A stretch of 64,000 nucleotides of DNA from an uncultured virus (IMG/VR IMGVR_UViG_3300017752_000005). Taxonomy: Duplodnaviria; Heunggongvirae; Uroviricota; Caudoviricetes. The stretch lies in the IMG/VR virus record IMGVR_UViG_3300017752_000005. One strand, 5' to 3'. The notes under the pieces are model-generated. The model was not told the origin of the DNA. It searched no databases and was given only the letters and a program-made list of their open reading frames with translations. The position numbers and the translations under genes are program-made. This document shows positions 26,510 to 37,100 of the stretch, in pieces; within the stretch, counting starts at the first letter, position 1, and each line of letters begins with the position of its first letter.

Positions 26510-28998
26510 CTTCCAATTCTATTTTTAACAAAAGCATTTTGAGAAAATCTCTTAACTTGATCAGTTGTTGATGAACCTAAAAATTCTCTAGATAAAGATG
26601 TATCTATTTGAGCGAACTTAATTGAAGAATATCTAATAGATGTAGAAATACCTTGAGCGCCCATTGAAACAGAAATAGAGCTAACACCTTTATCCATATC
26701 AAAATCGGCTCTTTCTGGAGGTCTAAAATATTTTATATCAGTTGTAATAAATGGTCCTTCAAATTCTGGATTAATCGTATTTATATTTTTAATAAAATGG
26801 TTCGCTTCTTCGTATTCAGAAGAAAATACGCTGAATTGCCGTGACGCAAATTGTTTTACATTAGACAAATCAGTTCTAAGAAAATTAATTTCTGGTGAGC
26901 TAGTATCTTGCTGGTCACCAGAGCTTTTATCATTTCCAACCACCATATACTTTACAATTAATTTTTCCTTTACTCCATCTAATACTCCAGTATCATCAAA
27001 TGCTTGCTCGCATCTTTTTGCTATATCTTCAGCTTTACTAGTGCTTTTATTATCTTGCTTTACAAGAAAACGACCCTGTGTGCTTGTAAATAAGTAAAAG
27101 TTTTTGTGAATTCTTTCAGAAAACCCTTCACCTTCATCTTCAGATATCCCGTTGTCATTAAAATATTTCATATCTCTAACTGCAATTACATGGAATCTAG
27201 ACCCAAGAGGATTACCTTCATCATCCTCATCATCAGATGTATTATCCTCTTCTTCATCATCCCCTTGTAATATTTTTAGTCTTGCAGCTAAATCCTTTAC
27301 TCTAATATTTTTAATCTTACCTCCCGTTTTATTCGCTGCTTTTATTCGTAATTTCTGCAAGAAACTAAGTTCGGGAACGTTATCTATGAATTCGTTTGCA
27401 TCTGCTATAGCTATAACATATTCTCCTGATTTTAACTCTGTGTCAAGATATTGCCTACGATCTAATCTTCTCTTTGAAATAGGGCTGCTAATATAAACGC
27501 CTCCCAACAGAGTCATATAACTGTCGATAAAAGCAAGATAATTGGCTTCGCTTACAGAAATGGCATTTTTTCCATTTATTAATAATCGTATAGCATCTGT
27601 AGAGATACTAGGATCGAAGTCAAAGAAATTATATCTATCATCAGAATTTATAACGCTAAACCAGTTCCCTCTGTTTTTATCTAACAGATTCACGTCCGAA
27701 TAACGATATTCATCTGGTCCATAATAAGTGCCATTAAGCTCAAACGGCCTAGTTTCCCCTAAAGCAAAAACAAGTTTATCTGTAGCTTCTGTATCTTGTG
27801 TTCTATTGTAGAAAGGTGCGACTATTTTGGCAAATTTTATGTCTGCCTCTTTTAGATCCAACTCTTTAAAGAGTTCCTCTCCACTTAACTTGTATAAGAC
27901 ATGTTTTTTTGCTTTCGGTGCAACAGACGTGGAAGAAGAATTCTCTCCTACAAATTTAGTAGCCTGTCCTTTTATAAAATGATGAGTTGCTTCTACATTT
28001 TTTATACTTTTAGTTAATGTAAGTTGCTCTGCGGATTCTGTATTTTCAAAATTCAAATACATATTGTTTAAATTTGTATTAATAGATGCTATTTCACCAT
28101 TTGTAACAATATGTATTTTCTGAGTAAATGGATCTACATAAAAAGACCTACCTATTTTTGATAATACACTTGATAAAACTTTTCTAAAACTTCCAGAATC
28201 GGAAAACATTATATTTTCATCTGATAAAAAACGCTCATCATTAGATTCAAATGAAATACCTTTTGAAAGAAATAGTTTGAATAAGTCTGATGCAGTATAA
28301 CCAAACTTTAACTCAGCTTGTTCTGGATCATAACCAAGCGAGATTAAAGGAAGGTGATTTGCTAATAACATTGTTTTGTCGGTAGTTAATGTTCTATTTA
28401 ACTCGAATGCATCAATAACCACCCTTTTTTCTTCTACAAAAGTATTACCATCAATTAATTGCTCTGCGGAGGGGTCAATGGTTATTGTGCGAGAAGCTTC
28501 TTCTCTCAGGGTAATCCTTCCAAATCCAATAACATTCACTCCATTACCAAAATTTTTGTTAAAATTTCTAGATGTTGTAGGACGAGCTAGATTACGTGAA
28601 AACCTAGTGTTTTTTGGATAATCTAATGGAGAGAGAAAAAGTGTTTTATCAATTAAATATCCATTAGAAGATAAATTTCCTCTCATGTCAGTATGAGTTC
28701 CCCATATAAAGACCATTTCTCTGTCTAAAATCTCTGACATCGAATCAATCAACTCTACTTGTAAAGTAGTAAATTTACTATCTTGTCTTAGAGAAGTCTC
28801 TAAGACTATCATCTCAAGACCAAACGGAGGTATGTGAACTTTTTCATTCATCTTTGGCACATTATATTCATTATTCTCACTAATAATTGTTAGAGTGCAA
28901 GTTGATGCTTCTGAACCAGATTGGAAATTATAGTTGATAGACATAATTTCTCCCCCAAATAAAGAGCCTAAATTTTTTCTAGAATGTTCTGTAGCCAT
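26506..28998 (-). CDS. Putative tail-tip/baseplate hub protein
   Basis: Large ORF at the distal end of the tail operon; hub-like LSSVLSKIGRSFYVD; start re-assigned to ATG 28998 (MATEHS). Confidence 0.55.
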   Translation of the reverse strand: MATEHSRKNLGSLFGGEIMSINYNFQSGSEASTCTLTIISENNEYNVPKMNEKVHIPPFGLEMIVLETSLRQDSKFTTLQVELIDSMSEILDREMVFIWGTHTDMRGNLSSNGYLIDKTLFLSPLDYPKNTRFSRNLARPTTSRNFNKNFGNGVNVIGFGRITLREEASRTITIDPSAEQLIDGNTFVEEKRVVIDAFELNRTLTTDKTMLLANHLPLISLGYDPEQAELKFGYTASDLFKLFLSKGISFESNDERFLSDENIMFSDSGSFRKVLSSVLSKIGRSFYVDPFTQKIHIVTNGEIASINTNLNNMYLNFENTESAEQLTLTKSIKNVEATHHFIKGQATKFVGENSSSTSVAPKAKKHVLYKLSGEELFKELDLKEADIKFAKIVAPFYNRTQDTEATDKLVFALGETRPFELNGTYYGPDEYRYSDVNLLDKNRGNWFSVINSDDRYNFFDFDPSISTDAIRLLINGKNAISVSEANYLAFIDSYMTLLGGVYISSPISKRRLDRRQYLDTELKSGEYVIAIADANEFIDNVPELSFLQKLRIKAANKTGGKIKNIRVKDLAARLKILQGDDEEEDNTSDDEDDEGNPLGSRFHVIAVRDMKYFNDNGISEDEGEGFSERIHKNFYLFTSTQGRFLVKQDNKSTSKAEDIAKRCEQAFDDTGVLDGVKEKLIVKYMVVGNDKSSGDQQDTSSPEINFLRTDLSNVKQFASRQFSVFSSEYEEANHFIKNINTINPEFEGPFITTDIKYFRPPERADFDMDKGVSSISVSMGAQGISTSIRYSSIKFAQIDTSLSREFLGSSTTDQVKRFSQNAFVKNRIGS

Positions 28999-28999
28999 A

Positions 29000-29710
29000 T
29001 TAAAAGACAATATATTTTGGTTCTGTAGAAATTTTGAATTCAAAAGTGTTATTTAATCCCGTCTCAATTATATCTAGAAGTAATGACGAAGTTTCTAAAA
29101 GCTCATCATCATCAACCCTCATTCCGTTTAAATAACCAACAGTAGTGTCTTTATTAAAAAAGACTCCTGTTAAATCAAAAAGCCCACTTGTAAAAACGTC
29201 CTCCTTAATTGGCATTCTAAAAAGAAAGCCTGTCTCGGTGGTGTCTCCTATATAATCAAAATTCCCATTTGAATTTTCTACATAATCTTGACCACTTACA
29301 AGTTTTGCGCCATTGAGAAAAATTAAGTCACCTGATAAATCATTAGCAACCCCACTAAAACCTATGATCAGTTCATTATGAACTGATGAAGAGAAAAATG
29401 GGTGTTGTCCGCTTTGTATAAAATCATGTTTCAAATTATTTGTCTCAAAAAGAAAGAGATCAGTAACCCCTGTTGATGATCTAAGTAAAGAACCAGATAA
29501 AAAGAAGTCTCCAGTATGAGAAATAATTTCTCGTTGACCAATAACTTCAACATCTGCCTCTGTTTCTAGTAAAGTTTGACCATTTAGATAAACATCATTA
29601 ATTAAAGGGTTTCTACTATTTATAGAGCCAATCCCGTTAGAAACTTGACCTACATTGTAGTAATCCTCTTTTCTTGAAAGAAGTCCAGTATTTTGAATAT
29701 ATTCAATCAT
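29000..29710 (-). CDS. Putative virion (tail tip) protein, S/T-G rich
   Basis: Repeated (Y/F)LNG motifs; tail operon position. Confidence 0.6.
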   Translation of the reverse strand: MIEYIQNTGLLSRKEDYYNVGQVSNGIGSINSRNPLINDVYLNGQTLLETEADVEVIGQREIISHTGDFFLSGSLLRSSTGVTDLFLFETNNLKHDFIQSGQHPFFSSSVHNELIIGFSGVANDLSGDLIFLNGAKLVSGQDYVENSNGNFDYIGDTTETGFLFRMPIKEDVFTSGLFDLTGVFFNKDTTVGYLNGMRVDDDELLETSSLLLDIIETGLNNTFEFKISTEPKYIVF

Positions 29711-31098
29711 ATTCTATGAGAAAGGTAGTGTAGGTAATCATATTTGTATTGTTCTGCGTAGCCTTCTCTAAAAATTAGGTTTTCAACCACTGTTCCAGTT
29801 CTATTGAAGTCTTTACTTAAAAATGTTTTCAAATATCCAGTTGGCTCATTTATCAAAATTCCAGTAATTCCACTTATATCATATAGAGGAATAATCCCTG
29901 TCGTTTTTACGGTTTTACTAGATTGTAAACTAAAATCCGTAACTACATTAGATATATCAATTAATCCCAAAGTTGCGTGTGCGTCATCTCCGGTATCCGT
30001 ATAATTATTTTCTGGAATTAGAAAAGAAGTCTCCTCTGTAAACACGCCAGAGTTATTTGGCAAAGTGTATCCAGTGATAAACCTTTCACCATCTTTTAAG
30101 GTTGAAGGAGTAAATTCGTTTCGTATTAAAGTGAATTCAATTAATTCACTATCTAACAAATCTTCTTGAAAGCCAGTTATAACAGCTTGATACCCTGTAA
30201 TTCCAACCGGATGAACAAGACTTATATCAGCCCCTGTAATAACATTATCTATGTATGATGCTCCAGAAACAGCAGAGCCAGTTGCCACAAAACCGGATGC
30301 AATTGATTTTAAATCAGATGGACCATGAACACCTGTGATCATCATAAACTGATCTAAGTATCCACTAAAAGTATTGTTGTCTTGTCTTATATAATGGTCT
30401 GATTTTCCTATGTAGAAATTGCCAGTGTATTCAAGATTTTCTAATTTGCTATCAGTTCTTAGCGAGGTGGTTTCAAAATTGTCATCTGCTAAATTATAAA
30501 CTGAAAAAGATACTCGATATGGTGAAACTGTAGCAGAACAAATGTTTTTGTTAGCTAATTCTAAATCATCAGCCACAAGCACGTATTCTCCCACCTCTGA
30601 ATCTATTCCTTGAAAGAAAAGTTTGTTTCTATCGTTTATGCCTATGTTAAATCCTTTACCATAACTAAAAGATACTTCACCGTTGTCAAAAGTTTCTTTA
30701 TTTAAATTACCGAAAAGCACACCATTTTTCCTTTTTATTTTTTCAAAAGAAAACAGAAAGGATGTTTCAGTTTCAAAATCATCTGGAGACATGAAGCCTT
30801 CATCTAAGAATGCATCAAATTTTATACTTGAAAAGCTAAGATCAACACCACTCTTTTCATTCAAGAAAAAAGTCTCTAATCGCGAGCCAGCTTCTGCTTC
30901 TGTAGCCCCTGTAGCGTCTATGACAAGCCCTGTGTGTCCGACAGTAGAAGACGGCGAAACATTCATCACAACACCTGTAAACTCTCCTCCAGAGCCTACA
31001 ACGCCAGTTGTTTCATCCTCCATAGAATAATACAGCATGATAGCACCAGTGCCATTATTTAAATAAGCGTTGGCTAATGTTGAAAGAGTATTATTCAT
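29707..31098 (-). CDS. Putative virion protein with LamG-like domain, S/T-G rich
   Basis: LYYSM, FYIG...FSGYLDQF; about 24 SG/TG dipeptides. Confidence 0.6.
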   Translation of the reverse strand: MNNTLSTLANAYLNNGTGAIMLYYSMEDETTGVVGSGGEFTGVVMNVSPSSTVGHTGLVIDATGATEAEAGSRLETFFLNEKSGVDLSFSSIKFDAFLDEGFMSPDDFETETSFLFSFEKIKRKNGVLFGNLNKETFDNGEVSFSYGKGFNIGINDRNKLFFQGIDSEVGEYVLVADDLELANKNICSATVSPYRVSFSVYNLADDNFETTSLRTDSKLENLEYTGNFYIGKSDHYIRQDNNTFSGYLDQFMMITGVHGPSDLKSIASGFVATGSAVSGASYIDNVITGADISLVHPVGITGYQAVITGFQEDLLDSELIEFTLIRNEFTPSTLKDGERFITGYTLPNNSGVFTEETSFLIPENNYTDTGDDAHATLGLIDISNVVTDFSLQSSKTVKTTGIIPLYDISGITGILINEPTGYLKTFLSKDFNRTGTVVENLIFREGYAEQYKYDYLHYLSHRI

Positions 31099-32665
31099 TT
31101 ATGAAACTTCTTGATATGGATATAGTATTATTTCCAGTTCGAATTGTATCTGAGGCCATAGAAGAAGAACTTCCAGAGTGTTGTGATATATAATTATAAA
31201 TAAAAGAAGTGGCAGAACCAACGCTAATTCCTGTATTTAATGTTCCATTCACAGTTACGGATTTTTTTTCTAAAGTATCATAAAGGTTTTGAATGCTAAA
31301 AGACCCATCAATGGTTGACTTTATTCCATATGCAGCAATGGGATGCTGAGTATCTATTGTTACTTCAGCATTTTTGATCATTCCAGAAAATAAATCTGGT
31401 ATATTAGAAAAAGAATATGAATAATTAATTTCAGAAGAATGAGGATTTTTATCTATACTAAAATCTTGAATTGTAGTGTTTAAAGGTGATGAGTTATAAT
31501 TTAAACTAAAGCCAGTAAAATGTTCAAAATGAGATTGTGCAATAGGGTATGGATCGAAACCGCTAAAAACAGCCTCGACTTTTTGATATCTTTGTTCTTG
31601 CTCTGGAGCGTCTGTTAAAAATATATCTTTGGTCCCGTCATAATAAAATTTGCCATTTAAGGATACTATAATTCCACCTTGATCTTTCGATGCTTCAAGT
31701 GAAGAAGAAAAGTCATTTAGAACTTCGCCTGTTCTAAAATCAGTGGGATCGTTAAAAGAAAAGCTGAAAGAAATACTATTCGCTCCAGTGTCTATATCAT
31801 AATTGTATGATTCAGGTTCACGGAAAATATCACCATACAATGAATTTTCGTAATCAATTTTAGTTCTTTTAACAGCATTTTTCGCAAATTCTGTTGCATC
31901 TTCAGGAGTAAAATATCCCGTATCTGCGCTACCGCTTATCCCTCCTACAATAGTTCCATTTACCGTTAAAGAAAGCGAAGAATCTGCATTAAAAGATATT
32001 TGGCATTCTGGTCTAATTATTGAATCAGGCCGATCTCTACCATCAATAGATTCGCTAAGTTCATAAGTCTCGGTAACGCCATAAGAGTTATCTACCCTAT
32101 TTACTGTTTCATTTTTTGATTTTAAAATAGAAGTATTTCCCGTAAAGAAAATAGACATATTATCAAATCCATTTAAACGAGATTCTACGAATTCTTTTGC
32201 GACAGTTAAAGTATCTGCGCCTGAAGTTTTTCTTGCGCTGGCGCTAACAGTGTGAACTACATTGACAGTATTGTTGTCTTCGTTTTCTTCATATTCCCAA
32301 GTGTCAACAGGGTTTTGAATACCATAAAATTTAGAAAAGTCTTTTTCGTGAAATACTTCAAACGATACATTGTATGGTAATATTCTAGTTAAATCAGAAT
32401 CTTGAAAACTTATGCTAATCGGCTTTGCAAAGTCAAATCCAGTATTTCCAACAGTCAACTGTTGAAAGCCACTAGATAAACCAATAACCATTTCTTCTTT
32501 TTGAGCTTTTAATGAAGGCAAATCACATCCGGTTAATTGCCCTATAAGTTCTATAGAAATTATAGAATGGTCTACTCTACCACTCAAAAAAACAGGCGCT
32601 TCATCTTGGCCTACAAATGGAAGTGGTTGTGGAAAAGAATATCCTCCGTAAGAAATATCAATCAT
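31091..32665 (-). CDS. Putative tail protein
   Basis: Beta-rich Ser/Thr-rich ORF downstream of the tape measure gene. Confidence 0.55.
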   Translation of the reverse strand: MIDISYGGYSFPQPLPFVGQDEAPVFLSGRVDHSIISIELIGQLTGCDLPSLKAQKEEMVIGLSSGFQQLTVGNTGFDFAKPISISFQDSDLTRILPYNVSFEVFHEKDFSKFYGIQNPVDTWEYEENEDNNTVNVVHTVSASARKTSGADTLTVAKEFVESRLNGFDNMSIFFTGNTSILKSKNETVNRVDNSYGVTETYELSESIDGRDRPDSIIRPECQISFNADSSLSLTVNGTIVGGISGSADTGYFTPEDATEFAKNAVKRTKIDYENSLYGDIFREPESYNYDIDTGANSISFSFSFNDPTDFRTGEVLNDFSSSLEASKDQGGIIVSLNGKFYYDGTKDIFLTDAPEQEQRYQKVEAVFSGFDPYPIAQSHFEHFTGFSLNYNSSPLNTTIQDFSIDKNPHSSEINYSYSFSNIPDLFSGMIKNAEVTIDTQHPIAAYGIKSTIDGSFSIQNLYDTLEKKSVTVNGTLNTGISVGSATSFIYNYISQHSGSSSSMASDTIRTGNNTISISRSFINE

Positions 32666-34197
32666 TAATCAAAAAAAGTAAATTCCAAAGTAGATGAAAC
32701 GGTTTTTTGCAAAGGTCTTTCGCTTGTCCTTTTGGATGTTATATATTTGTATTCAGAGTCTGGTTCATTTTGAGAAGCAAGTGTTAGAGAATCTTCTACA
32801 AAAGATTCATCATTTGAAACCATATTTACAGATACAGTTCTTTTTCCTTCAGTTTTATTTTCATTTCTTGTTATAATTTCTTTATTACCAAGAATAGGGG
32901 TTACAGAATCTCTGTTGACTTGATTAGTATCAGATATAGAAACCGTTCTTTTTAACACTCCGTCTGCTTCGTCTAGATAATCTGGATTAGTTGTTAAATT
33001 AATTCTTTGAGAAGCGCTCCTTTGAATCGGATTAAACGAAACAGACCTAGAAACTTCATTTAAAGTGATATCAGCAGTTTCTGGAAACAAAATTGCTATT
33101 TTATCTACTGCTATGTTAGGATTATTCTTCAAATATAAAACAGATTGATTGAACGCATCATTTTTATTTGAGGCTTTTGTAACTACATTTAAAGAAAAAG
33201 AATAATCTTCAAAAGCTGCATTTTTTTTGGACGCGCTGTAATTTACGTTCGTTGAAGAATTTTGTCTTGGGTCATTAGTGAAAGATACAGACAGAGAACC
33301 TAATCCTCCATCTCCTTTTAAGCTTTTTTCTATAGAAGATGGTATTCCAAACTCTGAAGAGTTCTCCAAAATCAACTCATCTAGAGTTATCTGCATACCA
33401 GAATTCAAATTAACTTCTATAGGTTTTTGAAGAGCCTTTATCTCAATGTCGAATTTTTTTTCAGTATAACCATCATTGTTTAAAGATTCGCTGTGAGTAG
33501 ATTTTTTAGAAAAAGTTATTCCGTTTTTTGTTTCTATGCGATTAGAAGAAAATGATTCTGAAAAACTGATTTCTTTATTTAAAATATCATATGTTTCAGA
33601 AATAGAAGGTTTTAAGCCAAGGTTGAATCTTGCATTTTCTGAAATACCATCTTCTTGAAAACCATAAGAGGGTCTATTATTAAAATACGCTCCTTTAATA
33701 AAAAGATAAGCTTTGTTGAAAAAATCATTAGAAGTATCTTGTCTGTATTTTAAATTTAAATTTCTCTGATAAGAATAAGAATTTTCGTCTCTGGAAAATG
33801 AGAAATCTTCAGAGAAAGATTCAACGTCTTGAGGAGATGGAGTATTTTGAGTTATGTCATATAAAGCTCCATCATCTGAATTCAACTTAACCCTTTCGCT
33901 TATCGAGATGCTGGCAGTCGTTATTCCCGCTCTATTGGACTCAGGTAAGCTTAATGAAGTGATCTCTCCATTCCTAAATTCATCTATGCCTATTTTAGCC
34001 GCAATGTTTGGCCTCATGTAAGCATTTTGCAAAGCTTCGATACCTTCTAGCAAAGTATCACCATCTTCCATTCTAGCATCGTGAATAGAAAATTCATAAT
34101 TTGCAGTAAAAATTAAACCCCAAACGTGTTCACTATTTAAATAGTTGAACTCCGTAGTTGAGCTTGCGTTTGTTATTTTTGTAACTATTAAAGACAT
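32665..34197 (-). CDS. Putative tail protein
   Basis: Immediately downstream of the tape measure gene; beta-rich. Confidence 0.55.
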   Translation of the reverse strand: MSLIVTKITNASSTTEFNYLNSEHVWGLIFTANYEFSIHDARMEDGDTLLEGIEALQNAYMRPNIAAKIGIDEFRNGEITSLSLPESNRAGITTASISISERVKLNSDDGALYDITQNTPSPQDVESFSEDFSFSRDENSYSYQRNLNLKYRQDTSNDFFNKAYLFIKGAYFNNRPSYGFQEDGISENARFNLGLKPSISETYDILNKEISFSESFSSNRIETKNGITFSKKSTHSESLNNDGYTEKKFDIEIKALQKPIEVNLNSGMQITLDELILENSSEFGIPSSIEKSLKGDGGLGSLSVSFTNDPRQNSSTNVNYSASKKNAAFEDYSFSLNVVTKASNKNDAFNQSVLYLKNNPNIAVDKIAILFPETADITLNEVSRSVSFNPIQRSASQRINLTTNPDYLDEADGVLKRTVSISDTNQVNRDSVTPILGNKEIITRNENKTEGKRTVSVNMVSNDESFVEDSLTLASQNEPDSEYKYITSKRTSERPLQKTVSSTLEFTFFD

Positions 34198-34198
34198 T

Positions 34199-37100
34199 TT
34201 ATTTTGGTTTGATCCTGTCTATGCCTTCTAGCTTATCTTTTTCCGCTATGATAGTTTCTGTTAAAGCTGACATTGCCTCTTGTAAAGCTGCTTGAGCTTG
34301 GGTTAAAGGATTTTCTTGTCCATCCTCTCCCCCCCCAAGTTCGCTAAGAGCGTTAGCGGCAGTCTGACCAGCCTCTCCTAATGTTTTAAGATCGTTTGCT
34401 ACAGTTCCTATTTCCTCTCCTATAACATCAATACCAAGAGCATTTGCTTCATCATTAATTTTTTTTGCAAATGCTTTTATTTCTAAGGCTGCTCCTTGTA
34501 ATACATCTCCAACTTTTAGACCCTCCCCTAATCCCTCTTTAGGTGTTGTGTCAAATTGCAATCGCTGTGAACTAACGTCACTTGCTTTTTCACCGGCTCT
34601 TAGTGGTTCTTGCTTTTCTGCATCAGCACTTGCTTTAAGAAATGCGTTATCTAGCTCCTGTGCTTCTGTTAGATTTGTGGCTAAGGCAGTGGAAGAAGCG
34701 TCTTCTAAGCCTTCTTGTTTCACAAACAATCTTGTTATTCCTGCAACAACCGCGCCAACTAGTCCTTCATTACCCTCTGAATCAATCGCACCTAGAGAGT
34801 CAAAAGCTGTATCAAATAGTTCCTGCACGTTTACTAAACTTTCTTTATCAGTTATATTGTCTAATGCAGTATCTAATTTAGCTACGTCGCCTAAAGCAGT
34901 TTGTATAATTCCCCTTGCTGGATCACTAATCCCACTATCCTCATCGGTAGCAAAATCGCTAAGTTTTTTAAATTCATCTAGAGAAAAGTTTTCCCCAACA
35001 AGTCCAAGTTGCTTTTGTTGATTAGCAGTAAAAGTCTTATCAACACCTAAACTAAGTAAATCTATTTGTTTGTCCAATTCAGTTCCGCTTCCCTGTTTAA
35101 TTGACGCTGCAAATTGATCTATTGTATCCCCACCAATTAAGGCTATAGCCTCTTCAGCTTTTCGGTCTTCTAGACCACGATCTTTTAAAAATTTGAAGAA
35201 ATCAGAACTAAAAGCTTTAATTTCACGACCTTCAAATTCGCCAAGACCTCCTTTTTCAAGAACAAAGTCTTCGGTGTTTTTTAAGTTTTCTCCGAAATTA
35301 GTTTGTATCGTTTTTATTAATTCATCGTTTAAGTTTTTTCGTGTTTTAAGTTCGTCAATGGTAATTTTTTTATTTTCAATTATAGCAGCCGTATTAGCTG
35401 TGTCAACTTTACCAAAAAAGCTTGCGATATCAGAATCAAATTCTTGTAAAGTGTCTTCAGTTAGAGCGCCAAAATCAAACAATACATCTTTGGCACTTAA
35501 AAACGCCTCCATATCTTCTGATGTTAATTTTCCTGACTCTTGTTTTTCTACAATTTTAAGCATTGTGTCTACAGCATTATTAGCTTCTTTATTACTATCA
35601 ACTATTGCCTGTGTTTCTTCTCCTCCAATTTTTTTCAATGCATCTACGGCTGAATCTATAAAGAAGCTTATCCCTCCGTTGTCTACGTTTTTTGTTGGCG
35701 CAAACCCTCCTATGCTTTCCTTGCTAAAAGTATTAATTAACTCTTTTCTTATAAAATCGGGACTCAGTAGATTCGCGGGAATTTTAGTGTCACCAAAAAA
35801 CTCGTTCCCGCTTAAAGTGTCCGCGAACCCTTCAATAATATCTCTTACTTTAAACAATTCTGGAGTTGTGCCATCATTAATACTTGTTCCCTCCATCGCA
35901 TCTGCTACTTTTTCGCTACTTGCAACCGTCGCTACAAGAGAGTTTAAAATATTTTGTATATCTTTTCTAGGATCTAAATTTAATGTGTCAAAACTTGATG
36001 ATAAACCAGCCGATGCCGCTTGTTTATCTGAAACTGACTGAATTGATCCTCTTACATCCAGAAATGTTTTATCCAAATCTTTAGTAGCTACATTTATATT
36101 TGCTGTTCTTTGATCTTCAATTGATGCTCTTTTTTTAGAGGCTGATGGGTCGTCTCCTAAAGTTGTATCTAACTTAGATGCCTTTTGTGCTAATTGAATT
36201 TGTGAATCTATTCCCCCAAAAACGTTGTCATCAAAAAATCTTTTGCCTTCACTTACGCTCTGAAAGGCAGAAACAAAAACTCCACCAGCAGATTCTACAT
36301 TTCCGCTAAGTTCTTGTATTCTAGATGAAAGAAGTTTAAACCGATTATTTAATCCTACAACATCAGCAAATGCACCAGTTCCACCGAGTTCCTCTCTTTG
36401 TATAGAGTCTATTCTTTCGTTTAATTCCTTACTTGCTTGAAGGAACGGATCGTTGTTCGTTTTAGCTTCGTTTGCAATAATTATTTCAGTTGGATCAATA
36501 AGGCGAATTGCAGCGAGTATTTTATCCAAGACACTAGAATTATCACTAACTAAAAGATTTTTATTAAATTCTCTAATTACTTGCAAATCGTTAGAACTTT
36601 CTGGACCTATTTTACCTTGTTTTTCAAGAAACGCCGCCCTCTGATCTCGATTTAATTTTTGAGCCAACAAAAGACTGGCAACTACAGCCGCTATTCCTAA
36701 TGACGCTAATTTAAATTTATGTGGTAAAAGTGCTATAACAGTAGCAAAAGCAGATACACTGTTTACTCCAAGTATAAGTTGATTATTAAAATCTTGAGCA
36801 GCTTTAGAAGCAATCTGTTGACTCTTTTTTAATTTTTCTATTTTTTCAGTTAATTTTTCAATTTTAACTTTTTCAGTTTCGTTATCTAACTTTGATAATA
36901 CTTGTTCTAATTTTTCTATTTCCTTAGATAATTGCTTAGAGGTGATTGCAGCTTCAGTATTCGCGCCTATTAATTCTGTCAGAACAGGAGATAAAAAAGA
37001 AAGGCCAAGACCTAACGCTGCTCCTACTGATGCATTGCTCCCTGATCCTTGAGGTTTGGGAGCAAAATTTGGAACAAAACCAGAAGCAAAAACATCTTTT

